Below, piece after piece: positions 1 through 9,867 of a DNA stretch of 64,000 nucleotides (the first letter of the stretch is position 1; the number at the start of each line of letters is the position of its first letter). The notes under the pieces were generated by a model. It saw nothing but the letters and a program-made list of their open reading frames with translations, ran no database searches and was not told the origin of the DNA. The stretch covers positions 162,334 through 226,333 of the forward strand of contig JBALWO010000001.1 of assembly GCA_036960775.1 (NCBI GenBank), read 5' to 3'. The stretch comes from Pseudomonas marincola. Its GTDB lineage: Bacteria; Pseudomonadota; Alphaproteobacteria; Sneathiellales; Sneathiellaceae. The translations under genes and the position numbers were made by a program.

Positions 1-131
1 TTCATCAAGATCCTGCGCGCACTGATTTACGGTGGCAAATGGGCGTTGATGATGATGTCCTAAATACGGACGTTAAGTGGCTGGAAGTGAGAAACTGGAT
101 CTCTGCTAAAATACTTCCGAACGCCAGCTGA
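1..131 (+). CDS. C-terminal fragment of a probable class-I glutamine amidotransferase (GMP-synthase-like); 5' end lies outside the window
   Basis: Frame starting at base 3 is open to TGA 129-131 and reads HQDPARTDLRWQMGVDDDVLNTDVKWLEVRNWISAKILPNAS, which resembles the C-termini of alphaproteobacterial type-1 GATases (from recall). Not in the ORF track. Confidence 0.45.
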   Translation, partial: HQDPARTDLRWQMGVDDDVLNTDVKWLEVRNWISAKILPNAS

Positions 132-158
132 TCATTAGAAGATGTTGCCCAAGCTATT

Positions 159-920
159 TTATAGGGCAACTTTGATTTTGCTGGCACCGATCTGGTCAAC
201 GATTTCATCAGGAGGCATTTGATCCGTAATCAACAGATCGATGTCCGCTAGAGCGCAGACATTGACCACGCCGGGTTTATTGAATTTGGTGTGGTCAACC
301 GCGACGATAAGCTGCTCAGTTTGAGGAATAACTGCCCGTTTAAATTCAGCCTCTGATAAATCAAAATCGAGACACCCTTGCGCCGCATGAAGGGATCCCA
401 TGGATATAATCGCTTTTTGCGTCATAAACTGTTTGGCAAAGGCGACTGTAGAGGCACCGTAAGCCGCACTGTCATCGGATCTGATTTCCCCACCAGCCAT
501 AAAGACGCGGTTATGGTTACGCGAACATAGTTCGCGGGCGACTTCCGTGGAATTGGTGACAATTCGGAGGTTCTTATAGGGAATGAGTTCCTTTGCGAAG
601 TAGCAAGACGTGCTGCCATTATCGATTAACAACGTCTCGCCGTCCTTTATGAGGCTCGCAATAAGTCTTGCGATTTTTTGTTTTTCGTCGCGCTGCTCTT
701 GCAGGCGGCTAAGGAAGGGAGGCTCTAGTGAATTATGAGGTAGCATGACACCACCGTGGATTTTTTCAGCGGCGCCAGTGGAGGCTAATTGCCGAATATC
801 TCGGCGAATAGTTTCGTCAGAAACATTCAGGTGTTCGGCTAATTCTATAACACTGCATGATTTTCTGACCTGCAGCACTTTCATAATTTCCAGCTGTCGT
901 TTTGATTGTTTAATCATCAA
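159..920 (-). CDS. DeoR/GlpR family transcriptional regulator
   Basis: N-terminal HTH 'ELAEHLNVSDETIRRDI'; DeoR sensor motifs 'LLIDNGSTS', 'IVTNS', 'AVDHTKF'. Confidence 0.93.
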   Translation of the reverse strand: MMIKQSKRQLEIMKVLQVRKSCSVIELAEHLNVSDETIRRDIRQLASTGAAEKIHGGVMLPHNSLEPPFLSRLQEQRDEKQKIARLIASLIKDGETLLIDNGSTSCYFAKELIPYKNLRIVTNSTEVARELCSRNHNRVFMAGGEIRSDDSAAYGASTVAFAKQFMTQKAIISMGSLHAAQGCLDFDLSEAEFKRAVIPQTEQLIVAVDHTKFNKPGVVNVCALADIDLLITDQMPPDEIVDQIGASKIKVAL

Positions 921-1175
921 AATTTAATCCACTTTAATTTCATCCATATTCGCGTGTAGCACGAAATGAGGAAATTCAAAATAAGAATGTGGAAGTCCAA
1001 CTAAAAATGAAAATAATGTTGAGTTTTTGATGATATGCCCGTGAAGCCTCCTATGCCGTAATGGAAAATGTGAAAAAGGGGTTGAGGTGTGGGTCCTAAA
1101 ATGAGTAAATAGCAACAAATTACGAGTTGAGCGATCAACCTTAATATGACCTTCCTGTTTAAGTGGATTTTATAA

Positions 1176-2567
1176 ATGTCTGATAGTTTAAAATGTTACA
1201 GCCCCGTTGATGGCAGCCTTTATCTTGAACGTCCCTATATGTCATCTAATGACATTCCAGCTTTGATTAAAAATGCAGAGAATGCGCAAGCTGAATGGAA
1301 GTTGAAATCTATTGCTGAGCGATCATTATTGCTTGAAAAATGTGTGGCTAATTTTGTATCTAAACAAGATGCAATTGCAGGTGAACTTGCGTGGCAAATG
1401 GGTCGCCCTGTCCGTTTTGGTGCCGGTGAAGTCGGCGGCTTTAATGAACGAGCAAGTCATATGATTGCGATTGCTGAAGAATCGCTTAAACCTGTTGCTG
1501 TTGAAGAAAAAGAAGGTTTCACGCGTTATATTAAGCGGGAGCCTGTTGGTGTTGTGTTTACAATCGCGCCATGGAACTTCCCATATATGACTGCGGTAAA
1601 CTCCATTGTACCGGCGTTGCTAGCCGGAAACGCGATTATTCTGAAACATGCCACGCAAACGCACCTCTGCGGAGAGACAATACAAAAAGCATTTGTCGAA
1701 GCTGGTTTGCCAGAAGGCCTGTTTCAGCTCGTGGTATCTACACATCAGTTGGCGGCTGAGATTATCCAATCTGGCGGCGTTAATTTCGTAGCCTTCACGG
1801 GATCTGTTCCAGGCGGTGCTGCTATTGAAGCGGCGGCTGCTGGAAAATTCATTGGTGTTGGTTTGGAGCTGGGCGGTAAAGATCCTGCGTATGTTCGCGG
1901 CGATGCAGATCCGGCTTACGCTGCCGAGAATCTTGTTGACGGCGCCATGTTTAATTCTGGCCAATCATGTTGCGGTATCGAACGTATTTATGTCCATGAG
2001 GATGTCTATGATGCGTTCGTTGAAAATGTTGTTCGGACAGTAAACGATTATAAATTGGGTTCTCCGCTCGATGCTGAAACGACATTGGGCCCTTGTGTGA
2101 ACGCAAAAGCAGCAGATTTTGTGCGTGGCCAGATCAAAGATGCTGTTGCCGCTGGCGGTAAAGCTCTAATTGATGCGAGTAGTTTCCCAGCCGATAAAGA
2201 AGGAACGCCTTATTTGGCACCGCAGGTTTTGGTTGATGTTGATCATACGATGCGTGTGATGACGGAAGAAAGCTTTGGTCCTGTTGTGGGCATTATGAAA
2301 GTCTCTTCCGATCAGGAAGCCATTACATTGATGAATGACAGTGAATTTGGATTGACGGCATCTGTCTGGACCAATGACGAGGCGGCGGCTATCGAAATTG
2401 GAGATCAGATTAATACCGGAACTTGGTTCATGAACAGATGTGACTATCTTGATCCCGCTCTTGCTTGGACTGGCGTTAAAAATTCAGGTCGGGGTTGCAC
2501 CCTTTCAAGTGTGGGCTTTGAAAGCCTTACACGTCCAAAATCCTACCACTTGCGCACAAAAATTTAA
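1176..2567 (+). CDS. NAD(P)-dependent aldehyde dehydrogenase
   Basis: 'APWNFP', 'FTGSVPGG', 'LELGGKDP', catalytic Cys in 'NSGQSCCG', 'EESFGPV'. Confidence 0.95.
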   Translation: MSDSLKCYSPVDGSLYLERPYMSSNDIPALIKNAENAQAEWKLKSIAERSLLLEKCVANFVSKQDAIAGELAWQMGRPVRFGAGEVGGFNERASHMIAIAEESLKPVAVEEKEGFTRYIKREPVGVVFTIAPWNFPYMTAVNSIVPALLAGNAIILKHATQTHLCGETIQKAFVEAGLPEGLFQLVVSTHQLAAEIIQSGGVNFVAFTGSVPGGAAIEAAAAGKFIGVGLELGGKDPAYVRGDADPAYAAENLVDGAMFNSGQSCCGIERIYVHEDVYDAFVENVVRTVNDYKLGSPLDAETTLGPCVNAKAADFVRGQIKDAVAAGGKALIDASSFPADKEGTPYLAPQVLVDVDHTMRVMTEESFGPVVGIMKVSSDQEAITLMNDSEFGLTASVWTNDEAAAIEIGDQINTGTWFMNRCDYLDPALAWTGVKNSGRGCTLSSVGFESLTRPKSYHLRTKI

Positions 2568-2577
2568 GGATTGTACT

Positions 2578-3756
2578 ATGTCTCTATCTATCGAACAGCT
2601 TTCTGGTAACTGGAATTATCCGACAGCTGTGCGCTTTGGCGTTGGCCGAGCGCGGGAAATTGGTGCCGCTTGTAAAGAGCTGGGAATGAAAAAACCTTTG
2701 TTGGTTACTGATCCCGGATTGGCAGGTTTGCCGATGATCAGTGATGCTGTTACCTCCTGCAAAGACGCCGGATTGGATTGTGGTGTTTTTAGCAATATTA
2801 AACCAAACCCCGTCGGCGAAAACGTTGGGGACGGCGTGGCTGTTTACCGGGCAAATGGTCATGACGGTGTTATTGCATTTGGCGGTGGTTCTGGTCTTGA
2901 TGCTGCCAAGGCGATTGCGCTTATGGCAGGTCAAACCGGTAATGTTTTTGATTATGAAGATGTTGGTGATAACTGGGCGCAGGTGAAGCCCGAGGGTGTT
3001 GCGCCAATTGTTGCTGTTCCAACAACGTCTGGGACTGGATCTGAGGTTGGCCGGGCATCGGTTATTACGGATGCTGCAAACCATGTCAAAAAAATCATCT
3101 TCCATCCAAAAATGATGCCTTCAATTGTTGTGGCTGATCCAGAATTAACGGTTGGTTTGCCGGCTCACATTACGGCAGCAACGGGCATGGATGCTCTCTC
3201 GCATAATCTGGAGGCTTACTGCTCTCCTTTCTATCATCCTATGGCAGAAGGTATTGCGGTTGAAGGTATTCGCCTTGTGAAGGAATATTTACCAACAGCG
3301 GTTAATGACGGAACAGATCTGATTGCCCGCAGCCAGATGATGATTGCATCAACCATGGGCGCAACGGCGTTTCAGCGCGGGCTCGGTGGAATGCATGCCT
3401 TAGCGCATCCGCTTGGTGCGCTTTACGATGCACATCATGGGTTGCTTAACGCTATTTTGATGCCTTATGTGTTGATCCGTAACCGCCCGGAAATTGAAAC
3501 CCGCATCGCTCGCTTGTCATCGTTCATTGGGTTGGAAGAGGCGAATTTTGACGGCTTCCTTAATTGGGTTTTAGATTTGCGTCAGCAACTCAATATCCCA
3601 AATGATTTGGGTGCCCTTAACATCGGCGACGAAAAAGCAGATCTAGTTGGCAAAATGGCTGTTAAGGACCCTACAGCTGGCGGCAACCCAATTGCTCTAA
3701 CGGCAGAAGAATATACAGAAGTCTTCTTGAAAGCGGTTAAGGGCGATCTAGACTAA
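2578..3756 (+). CDS. Iron-containing alcohol dehydrogenase
   Basis: 'GGGSGLD', 'PTTSGTGSE', 'DALSHNLE', 'HALAH', 'HHG'. Start set to ATG 2578 (AAGGA upstream, 10 bp after the ALDH stop) rather than 2440. Confidence 0.93.
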   Translation: MSLSIEQLSGNWNYPTAVRFGVGRAREIGAACKELGMKKPLLVTDPGLAGLPMISDAVTSCKDAGLDCGVFSNIKPNPVGENVGDGVAVYRANGHDGVIAFGGGSGLDAAKAIALMAGQTGNVFDYEDVGDNWAQVKPEGVAPIVAVPTTSGTGSEVGRASVITDAANHVKKIIFHPKMMPSIVVADPELTVGLPAHITAATGMDALSHNLEAYCSPFYHPMAEGIAVEGIRLVKEYLPTAVNDGTDLIARSQMMIASTMGATAFQRGLGGMHALAHPLGALYDAHHGLLNAILMPYVLIRNRPEIETRIARLSSFIGLEEANFDGFLNWVLDLRQQLNIPNDLGALNIGDEKADLVGKMAVKDPTAGGNPIALTAEEYTEVFLKAVKGDLD

Positions 3757-3777
3757 ATCGTTTTTCTGAGAAAATTT

Positions 3778-3811
3778 AAGCCGCGCATCATTTTTTTGCG
3801 CGGCTTTTTTT
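3778..3811. terminator. Intrinsic terminator between the convergent ADH and DMT genes
   Basis: AAGCCGCGCA-TCATTTTTT-TGCGCGGCTT followed by TTTTT. Confidence 0.85.
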
Positions 3812-4673
3812 ATGCGTTCATGACAACCGTGATGATGCCAAGTGACAAGATGGCGGAGGCTGCCAGTCGCCTGGCGATGGCCCCTTCGTTTAGGAAGTAA
3901 CCACCCAAAATAACGGATAGAGGGATGGAGGCCTGACGAACAGTTGTAACCGCGGCCACATCGCCGCCTTGAGAGTAGGCTAGAAGGATAAGAACGTATG
4001 AGCCATAAATACAGGCCACCAATTTAAGGTGAAGAACCGGAGATTTAACGATCCTCGCAAGTCCCATGGCCTTTGGAAGCCTATTTCCATTCAAAACATA
4101 GACCAGAGCCAACAGTGGCCAGCATATTAACTGCACCCAGAAAAATAGAACCGGTGGTTCAATCTGTTGCATCAACTGAGAATCAGACAGCGAATATATT
4201 CCGGTTCCGCAAAGAGCAAGTACTGCTAGTGACAAGGTCTTTGTATCATCAAATATGTTGACGCCACGCCGATATAACAGAAGAATCGCGCCAAAAATTA
4301 CTAGAAAAATACCGCCCAATACAGGCAAGTCATAGCTCACACCCAAAAACAAAAAACTGAATGTGACAATAAACACCGGGGAGGCGCGAATGATCGGATA
4401 ATACGCCGATAAGTCACCTCGTTTCAGCGTGGCGACCAGAGCGAGACTATACAGCATTTGCCCTAAAACAGAGACCAGGATTAGCATCCATTGATCGGGA
4501 CCTAGCCAAAAATCTGCACCGATGAGTAATCCATGGATAAGCCCGACAAAGCCAATCATGAAGGCCATTGAAATAAACGCGGCCTCTGGTTCCGGATCCT
4601 TTTTGACCATAACATTCCATAAGGGATGTAGGGCCGCAGACAATAATACTAATATAGTAACAGTGAGTGACAA
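3810..4673 (-). CDS. DMT/EamA family membrane protein, phosphonate-utilization-associated type
   Basis: About 10 hydrophobic segments, 'SAALHPLWN', 'GDLSAYYPIIR', 'VRQASI'; directly downstream of the AEP-type LysR. Confidence 0.85.
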   Translation of the reverse strand: MSLTVTILVLLSAALHPLWNVMVKKDPEPEAAFISMAFMIGFVGLIHGLLIGADFWLGPDQWMLILVSVLGQMLYSLALVATLKRGDLSAYYPIIRASPVFIVTFSFLFLGVSYDLPVLGGIFLVIFGAILLLYRRGVNIFDDTKTLSLAVLALCGTGIYSLSDSQLMQQIEPPVLFFWVQLICWPLLALVYVLNGNRLPKAMGLARIVKSPVLHLKLVACIYGSYVLILLAYSQGGDVAAVTTVRQASIPLSVILGGYFLNEGAIARRLAASAILSLGIITVVMNA

Positions 4674-4700
4674 GAGAAGATCCTTCGATCCGGCAGGTGC

Positions 4701-5567
4701 TTATACGGCCGGTGTGCTGTTGGTGTTGAAGAAGGCTTTGACGGTTTTCAAATGGCGCTTTTCCTTAAGGCACACAAGAGATTCAGTCATCGTCGCGTTG
4801 CAATCAATTAATGGGACCGCTGCAAGTCGGGTGTCGTGGCCAAATTCAGGTCTACTAACAATGCCCACACCAATGTTGGCAGCGACAGCTTCCCTGGCCG
4901 CTTCCCGACCTTGCACTTCCATGGCGACTTTGATGGACAAGCCTGCATTTTCAAATTCACGTTCCGTTTGATTGCGCGTTCTCGAACCGGGCTCTCGGAT
5001 GATTAAGGGGGCGTCAGATAATTCTTTCAAGGTAATCCCATCGCGAGCGGCGAGCGGATTTTGTTTCGAGACAAAAGCGACAAGTGGATCCTCGCACAAG
5101 ATCACGGAATGAAAGCGGTCGTCATCAGACATGTCAGCGACTATACCAATATCAAACGAGAAATCGAGAAGCCCTGATATGATTTCCTCTGCATTGCCGA
5201 TCCGCATGCTGACAGAAATGCCTTCATAGTCTTTTTTAAACTGCCCGATAAGGGGGATAACGTGAAGCGGGGTGTCTGCGGCAACGCTTAAGTTGCCCTT
5301 TTCCAATGACTGATGTGCTGATAGCAAATCAATCGCCTGTGCTTCCAATTGAAACTTCTTGCGCGTTATTTCCAGCAACTGATGCCCAAGAGGCGTAAGC
5401 TTTACGACCCGTTTATGTCGATGGAATAAAAGCACACTAAAGCGTTCTTCAAGCTTTTTAACCTGATCTGATAGTGCGGGTTGGGTCAGGCCCAGATGTA
5501 CAGCGGCTTTAGAGAAGCCGCCTTGCGTGGCAACGGCATGAAATGCGCGAAATTGAGAATAATACAT
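4701..5567 (-). CDS. LysR family regulator of aminoethylphosphonate catabolism
   Basis: 'QFRAFHAVATQGGFSKAAVHLGLTQPALSDQVKKLEE' HTH; 'IREPGSRTR'; divergent from the AEP ABC transporter. Start probably ATG 5567 (alternative 5576). Confidence 0.9.
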   Translation of the reverse strand: MYYSQFRAFHAVATQGGFSKAAVHLGLTQPALSDQVKKLEERFSVLLFHRHKRVVKLTPLGHQLLEITRKKFQLEAQAIDLLSAHQSLEKGNLSVAADTPLHVIPLIGQFKKDYEGISVSMRIGNAEEIISGLLDFSFDIGIVADMSDDDRFHSVILCEDPLVAFVSKQNPLAARDGITLKELSDAPLIIREPGSRTRNQTEREFENAGLSIKVAMEVQGREAAREAVAANIGVGIVSRPEFGHDTRLAAVPLIDCNATMTESLVCLKEKRHLKTVKAFFNTNSTPAV

Positions 5568-5574
5568 AAGTCCC

Positions 5575-5589
5575 ATTGATATAAATGAT
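5575..5589. promoter_or_regulatory. LysR-type box (T-N11-A), copy 1
   Basis: ATTGATATAAATGAT directly upstream of the LysR start; 12/15 identical to the copy upstream of phnW. Confidence 0.65.
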
Positions 5590-5921
5590 AAAATAAACAA
5601 CTTGGATTTATATTATTGAGTGAGTTATTATAACGTCAAGCATAATTGCGACTGTGTTATGAAATTTGCTGGATATTGTGGGAGTATGTCGGCATAATTT
5701 GGAAATACTGCGCAATTGTAGTGGTTTCGTTCATAATTCCAATGTTTACACAAATAATTGGGCAATGGACGGAAGATTGGGAGATCGTCACAAAACGATA
5801 ACAAACTGTATCTAGAAGGTTGCTCTGTAATAGGTCAAACAATTGTCGCCTATTCATAAGAAAAATGAGAGCCAACTTGATACTTGTACATTTTATATGT
5901 CTAACAGAAGGGGTTTTGAAC

Positions 5922-6959
5922 ATGAAATCACATATTATGAAAGCCGTGCTTGCGAGCGCAACAGGCGCATTTGTTGGCGCAACAGCGTTTGCAACAGTAG
6001 CGTCAGCGGCTGATACCTTGACAGTTTATACGGCTGTTGAAGCAGAAGATCTTAAGAAATACGCAAAAAATTTCAATAAAGATCATCCAAACATTAAAAT
6101 CAAATGGGTGCGGGATTCTACGGGTATTATTACGGCAAAACTTCTTGCTGAAAAGAATAACCCAAAAGCTGATATCGTTTGGGGCTTAGCTGCAACAAGC
6201 TTAATGCTTCTTAAAGAAGAAGGTATGCTTGAAGGTTATTCACCAAAGGGTGTTGAAAAGCTTGATCCTAAATTCCGCGATTCCGATAGCCCAACAAGCT
6301 GGACTGGTATGGATGCTTGGGTTGCATCAGTCTGCTTTAACACAGTTGAAGCTAAAAAAGCTGGTTTGCCAGCACCAACATCTTGGCAAGATCTGACTAA
6401 GCCCGTTTATAAAAACCAGATCATTATGCCTAACCCGAATTCATCAGGTACAGGCTTCCTTGACGTTTCTTCATGGTTGCAGATCTTCAAAGAAGATGGT
6501 GGCTGGAAGTTTATGGATGAACTGCATGTGAATATTGCACGTTACACTCATTCAGGATCGAAACCTTGTAAACTAGCAGCTGCTGGTGAAATCCCTATTG
6601 GTATTTCGTTCGCATTCCGCGGCGCGAAGTCCAAAGCTAAAGGTGCTCCTTTAGAAGTTATCGTACCATCAGAAGGTGTTGGTTGGGACATGGAAGCAAC
6701 GGCTATCCTAAAAGGTTCCAAAAACATGGCAGCAGCAAAAACTCTTGCTGATTGGACTGTTACGAAAAAAGCGAATGAAATGTACAACAAGGGTTACGCA
6801 GTTGTGGCGTATCCAGGCGTTGCTAAACCAGTTAAGCATTTCCCAGCTGAAATCGCGACAAGCATGATCGACAACGATTTTGCGTGGGCAGCATCTAACC
6901 GTAAACGCATCCTGTCTGAATGGCAGAAACGTTACGATTCAAAATCTGACCCAAAATAG
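5922..6959 (+). CDS. phnS: 2-aminoethylphosphonate ABC transporter substrate-binding protein (PhnS2/AepX type)
   Basis: Signal peptide; 'LTVYTAVE', 'WVRDSTGIITAKLLAEKNNPKAD', 'MPNPNSSGTGF', 'HSGSKPC'. Start set to ATG 5922 after GAAGGGG. Confidence 0.88.
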   Translation: MKSHIMKAVLASATGAFVGATAFATVASAADTLTVYTAVEAEDLKKYAKNFNKDHPNIKIKWVRDSTGIITAKLLAEKNNPKADIVWGLAATSLMLLKEEGMLEGYSPKGVEKLDPKFRDSDSPTSWTGMDAWVASVCFNTVEAKKAGLPAPTSWQDLTKPVYKNQIIMPNPNSSGTGFLDVSSWLQIFKEDGGWKFMDELHVNIARYTHSGSKPCKLAAAGEIPIGISFAFRGAKSKAKGAPLEVIVPSEGVGWDMEATAILKGSKNMAAAKTLADWTVTKKANEMYNKGYAVVAYPGVAKPVKHFPAEIATSMIDNDFAWAASNRKRILSEWQKRYDSKSDPK

Positions 6960-6977
6960 TCGGAAAAGATGTCTAAA

Positions 6978-7010
6978 GGAGGCCTTCGCTTGATTTGAGC
7001 GGAGGCCTTC
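6978..7010 (+). terminator. Intra-operon hairpin after the SBP gene (mRNA stabiliser or partial terminator)
   Basis: AGGCCTTCGCT-TGATTTG-AGCGGAGGCCT (one G-U pair) followed by TCATTTT. Confidence 0.65.
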
Positions 7011-7054
7011 ATTTTAATCGCGGTCGCCCCTGCCGGATAAGTGTGAGCTATAGT

Positions 7055-8155
7055 ATGAAAAATGATACCGACAACCAACAGGACGAAACTTACCTTCAAG
7101 TTCGTAACGTCACAAAAATGTTTGGAACTTTTGCAGCGCTCAAAGACATCTCACTTGATGTGAACGAGGGAGAGTTCGTTTGTTTCCTCGGACCATCCGG
7201 ATGCGGAAAAACAACTTTGTTACGCGCAATTGCGGGTCTCGATATTCAGACCCATGGTAAAGTCTTCCAAGGCGGACGTGAAATTTCTGATCTACCCGCC
7301 TCTGAACGCGATTTTGGGATTGTTTTTCAATCTTATGCGTTGTTCCCAAACCTCTCAGTCAATGACAACGTTGGCTATGGCTTGGTAAATGTCGGAACAA
7401 GTAAAGCCGATACCCATACAAGGGTAGTGGAGCTTCTCGCGCTGGTCGGTTTGGAAGATCAAGGCGATAAGTACCCCGCTCAATTATCAGGTGGTCAGCA
7501 ACAGCGTGTTGCATTAGCACGTGCGCTCGCCATGTCTCCAGGACTTCTTCTCCTTGACGAACCCCTTTCTGCGCTGGATGCTAAAGTTCGTGTGCATTTA
7601 CGCCATGAAATGAAAGAGCTCCAACAACGCTTAGGCGTTACAACCGTTATGGTGACACATGATCAGGAAGAAGCCCTGACGATGGCAGACCGAATTGTTG
7701 TGATGAATGATGGAAATATTGAGCAAGTCGGCTCACCAGAAGAAATTTACGGAAATCCAGCCAGTCCGTTTGTGGCAGAGTTCGTCGGAACGATGAATTT
7801 CCTTAAGGCGACTAAAGGCGAAAATAGTCAAATTATGTTGGGAACTCATATCCTGACACTTAATGACGCTGAAAAAGCAAAATTGAACGGACCGTCTGTT
7901 CTTGCCTGCGTGCGACCAGAAGATATTCTCGTGCGCGGAGTTGATGACAGCACGGCCAATTCATTCGACACAAAAGTCAAAAGCCTAGAGTTTTTGGGAT
8001 CATTCTGCCGGGCCACCTTGGTTTACGGTGCGGAAGATACGGAACTACTAGCAGATTTCTCGATTAACCTTGTTCGTGACAAGGGTGTGGAAGAGGGCGG
8101 CACTGTTCGCATAGCGCTTCCAGCAAATAGTATTCATATTTTTTCAGCCGGGTGA
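7055..8155 (+). CDS. phnT: 2-AEP ABC transporter ATP-binding subunit
   Basis: Walker A GPSGCGKT, signature LSGGQQQR, Walker B LLLLDE, C-terminal TOBE-like region. Start set to ATG 7055. Confidence 0.9.
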   Translation: MKNDTDNQQDETYLQVRNVTKMFGTFAALKDISLDVNEGEFVCFLGPSGCGKTTLLRAIAGLDIQTHGKVFQGGREISDLPASERDFGIVFQSYALFPNLSVNDNVGYGLVNVGTSKADTHTRVVELLALVGLEDQGDKYPAQLSGGQQQRVALARALAMSPGLLLLDEPLSALDAKVRVHLRHEMKELQQRLGVTTVMVTHDQEEALTMADRIVVMNDGNIEQVGSPEEIYGNPASPFVAEFVGTMNFLKATKGENSQIMLGTHILTLNDAEKAKLNGPSVLACVRPEDILVRGVDDSTANSFDTKVKSLEFLGSFCRATLVYGAEDTELLADFSINLVRDKGVEEGGTVRIALPANSIHIFSAG

Positions 8156-9867
8156 GTAATATGACAGATCAAACTTTGTCTTCTGCAAGCCCTGCCATTG
8201 TCAAACCGAAGCTAAGCCGTGACGATTATGTTATGCGGGCCTTTGTCTTGGTTATTGGCTTATGGCTGGTTGTGACCTTGCTAATGCCGCTTTATGCCAT
8301 GCTGTCAAAAAGCGTGCAGAATAAAGACGGCCTCTATATTGGCCTGACGAATTACATTGAGTATTTTTCGACGCCAGCCTTATTTTATTCCATTAATAAT
8401 AGTTTCTTTATTGCCTTTTTAACGACCGCAATAACCATCAGCTTAGCTTCTGTTTTTGCTTTTATCCTTTCCCGTTCAACAATTCCGGGTAAGGGTATTT
8501 TTAAAAGTATCGCATTGCTTCCTTTATTGGCGCCTTCGTTGCTTCCAGGTATCTCTTTCGTCTATCTATTTGGACGTCAGGGGATCTTGAAAGGTCTCAT
8601 GGGGGATTACAGTATCTATGGCCCCATTGGTATCGTAATGGGAGAGGTTTTCTATACTTTCCCTCATGCGTTGATGATTTTGGTGGCGGCCTTTTCAATT
8701 GCTGATGCGCGTCTCTATGAGGCCGCAGAAGTTCTTCGTTCAAGCCGCATCAGAACCTTTTTCACTGTCACTTTGCCCGGCATCAAATATGGACTAATCA
8801 GTGCAATTTTTGTTGTCTTCACATTGGTTATCACCGACTTTGGTATCCCAAAAGTGATCGGCGGCCAATATAATGTTTTGGCGACTGATATTTATAAACA
8901 AGTGATCGGACAACAGAACTTTCAAATGGGTGCTGTGGTCAGTGTTGTTTTGTTGTTTCCAGCTATTCTGGCCTTCGCGGTGGACCGTTTCGTTCAGCGG
9001 AAACAGGTTGCGATGCTGACGGCGCGTGCTGTGCCGTATGAGCCAAAACCTCACACTTTGCTTAACCGTATGTTCTTTTTATATTGCTGCATAATCGCCA
9101 TTATGATTGTGGGCACTATCGGTATGGCCGGATATGCGTCTTTCGTGACGTTTTGGCCCTATAACCTTGAGCTTTCACTTAACAACTATGACTTTGATGT
9201 TATGGATGGCGGCGGTTGGGGGTCTTTCTATAACTCTCTTGAATTGGCGGCTTATACTGCCGTGATAGGGACCTCGGTCATCTTTACCGGTGCCTATATG
9301 GTGGAGAAAGCCAAAGGGTTTGGTCTTATCCGGGGAATTATACAGTTCTTCTGTATGATCCCCATGGCCGTTCCTGGAATGGTTCTGGGCCTTGCCTATA
9401 TCTTCTTCTTCAACCATCCGGATAATCCGCTGGGCTTTATTTATGGCACAATGCCGATCTTGGTGATTGTTACCATTACCCATTTTTACACGGTTAGTCA
9501 TTTGACATCTATGACCGCGTTGAAGCAAATGGACCCAGAGTTTGAAACCGTATCTGCATCCCTTAAAGTGCCATTTTTCAAAACCTTTTTGAAGGTAACA
9601 GTGCCGGTTTGCCTGCCTGCAATTTTAGATATCTCTATCTATTTGTTCGTGAACGCAATGACAACGGTATCCGCGGTTATCTTCCTGTATTCATCTGATA
9701 CAGCACTGGCATCCATTGCCGCGCTGAACATGGATGACGCAGGCGATGTCGCACCGGCTGCGGCCATGTGTATGGTCATTGTTGCCACATCTGCAACAGT
9801 ACGTGTATTCCACGCTCTTCTTTCCAGAGGAATTGCAGCCAAAACACAAAAATGGCGGAAAAGATAA
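8152..9867 (+). CDS. phnU: 2-AEP ABC transporter permease (two fused permease domains)
   Basis: Two EAA-type loops ('LYEAAEVLRSS', 'FETVSASLKVP'), about 12 TM segments, 4-bp overlap with the ATPase gene. Confidence 0.88.
   Translation: MSNMTDQTLSSASPAIVKPKLSRDDYVMRAFVLVIGLWLVVTLLMPLYAMLSKSVQNKDGLYIGLTNYIEYFSTPALFYSINNSFFIAFLTTAITISLASVFAFILSRSTIPGKGIFKSIALLPLLAPSLLPGISFVYLFGRQGILKGLMGDYSIYGPIGIVMGEVFYTFPHALMILVAAFSIADARLYEAAEVLRSSRIRTFFTVTLPGIKYGLISAIFVVFTLVITDFGIPKVIGGQYNVLATDIYKQVIGQQNFQMGAVVSVVLLFPAILAFAVDRFVQRKQVAMLTARAVPYEPKPHTLLNRMFFLYCCIIAIMIVGTIGMAGYASFVTFWPYNLELSLNNYDFDVMDGGGWGSFYNSLELAAYTAVIGTSVIFTGAYMVEKAKGFGLIRGIIQFFCMIPMAVPGMVLGLAYIFFFNHPDNPLGFIYGTMPILVIVTITHFYTVSHLTSMTALKQMDPEFETVSASLKVPFFKTFLKVTVPVCLPAILDISIYLFVNAMTTVSAVIFLYSSDTALASIAALNMDDAGDVAPAAAMCMVIVATSATVRVFHALLSRGIAAKTQKWRKR

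Noticed and set aside
144-170. GTTGCCC-N13-GGGCAAC inverted repeat at the DeoR 3' end
   Set aside because: Short stem, long loop and partly coding. It may be a weak terminator, but support is too thin to list.
2440-2577. N-terminal extension of the Fe-ADH ORF overlapping the ALDH gene; similar long 5' extensions on phnS, pbfA, hydantoinase B, urtC/D/E-like genes, can and alaS
   Set aside because: These come from the longest-ORF rule. Downstream ATGs with ribosome-binding sites give family-typical lengths and normal operon spacing.
5785-5831. Pho box upstream of phnS
   Set aside because: The heptamers are poor matches or out of the 11-bp phase (spacings 11, 10 and 19 bp).
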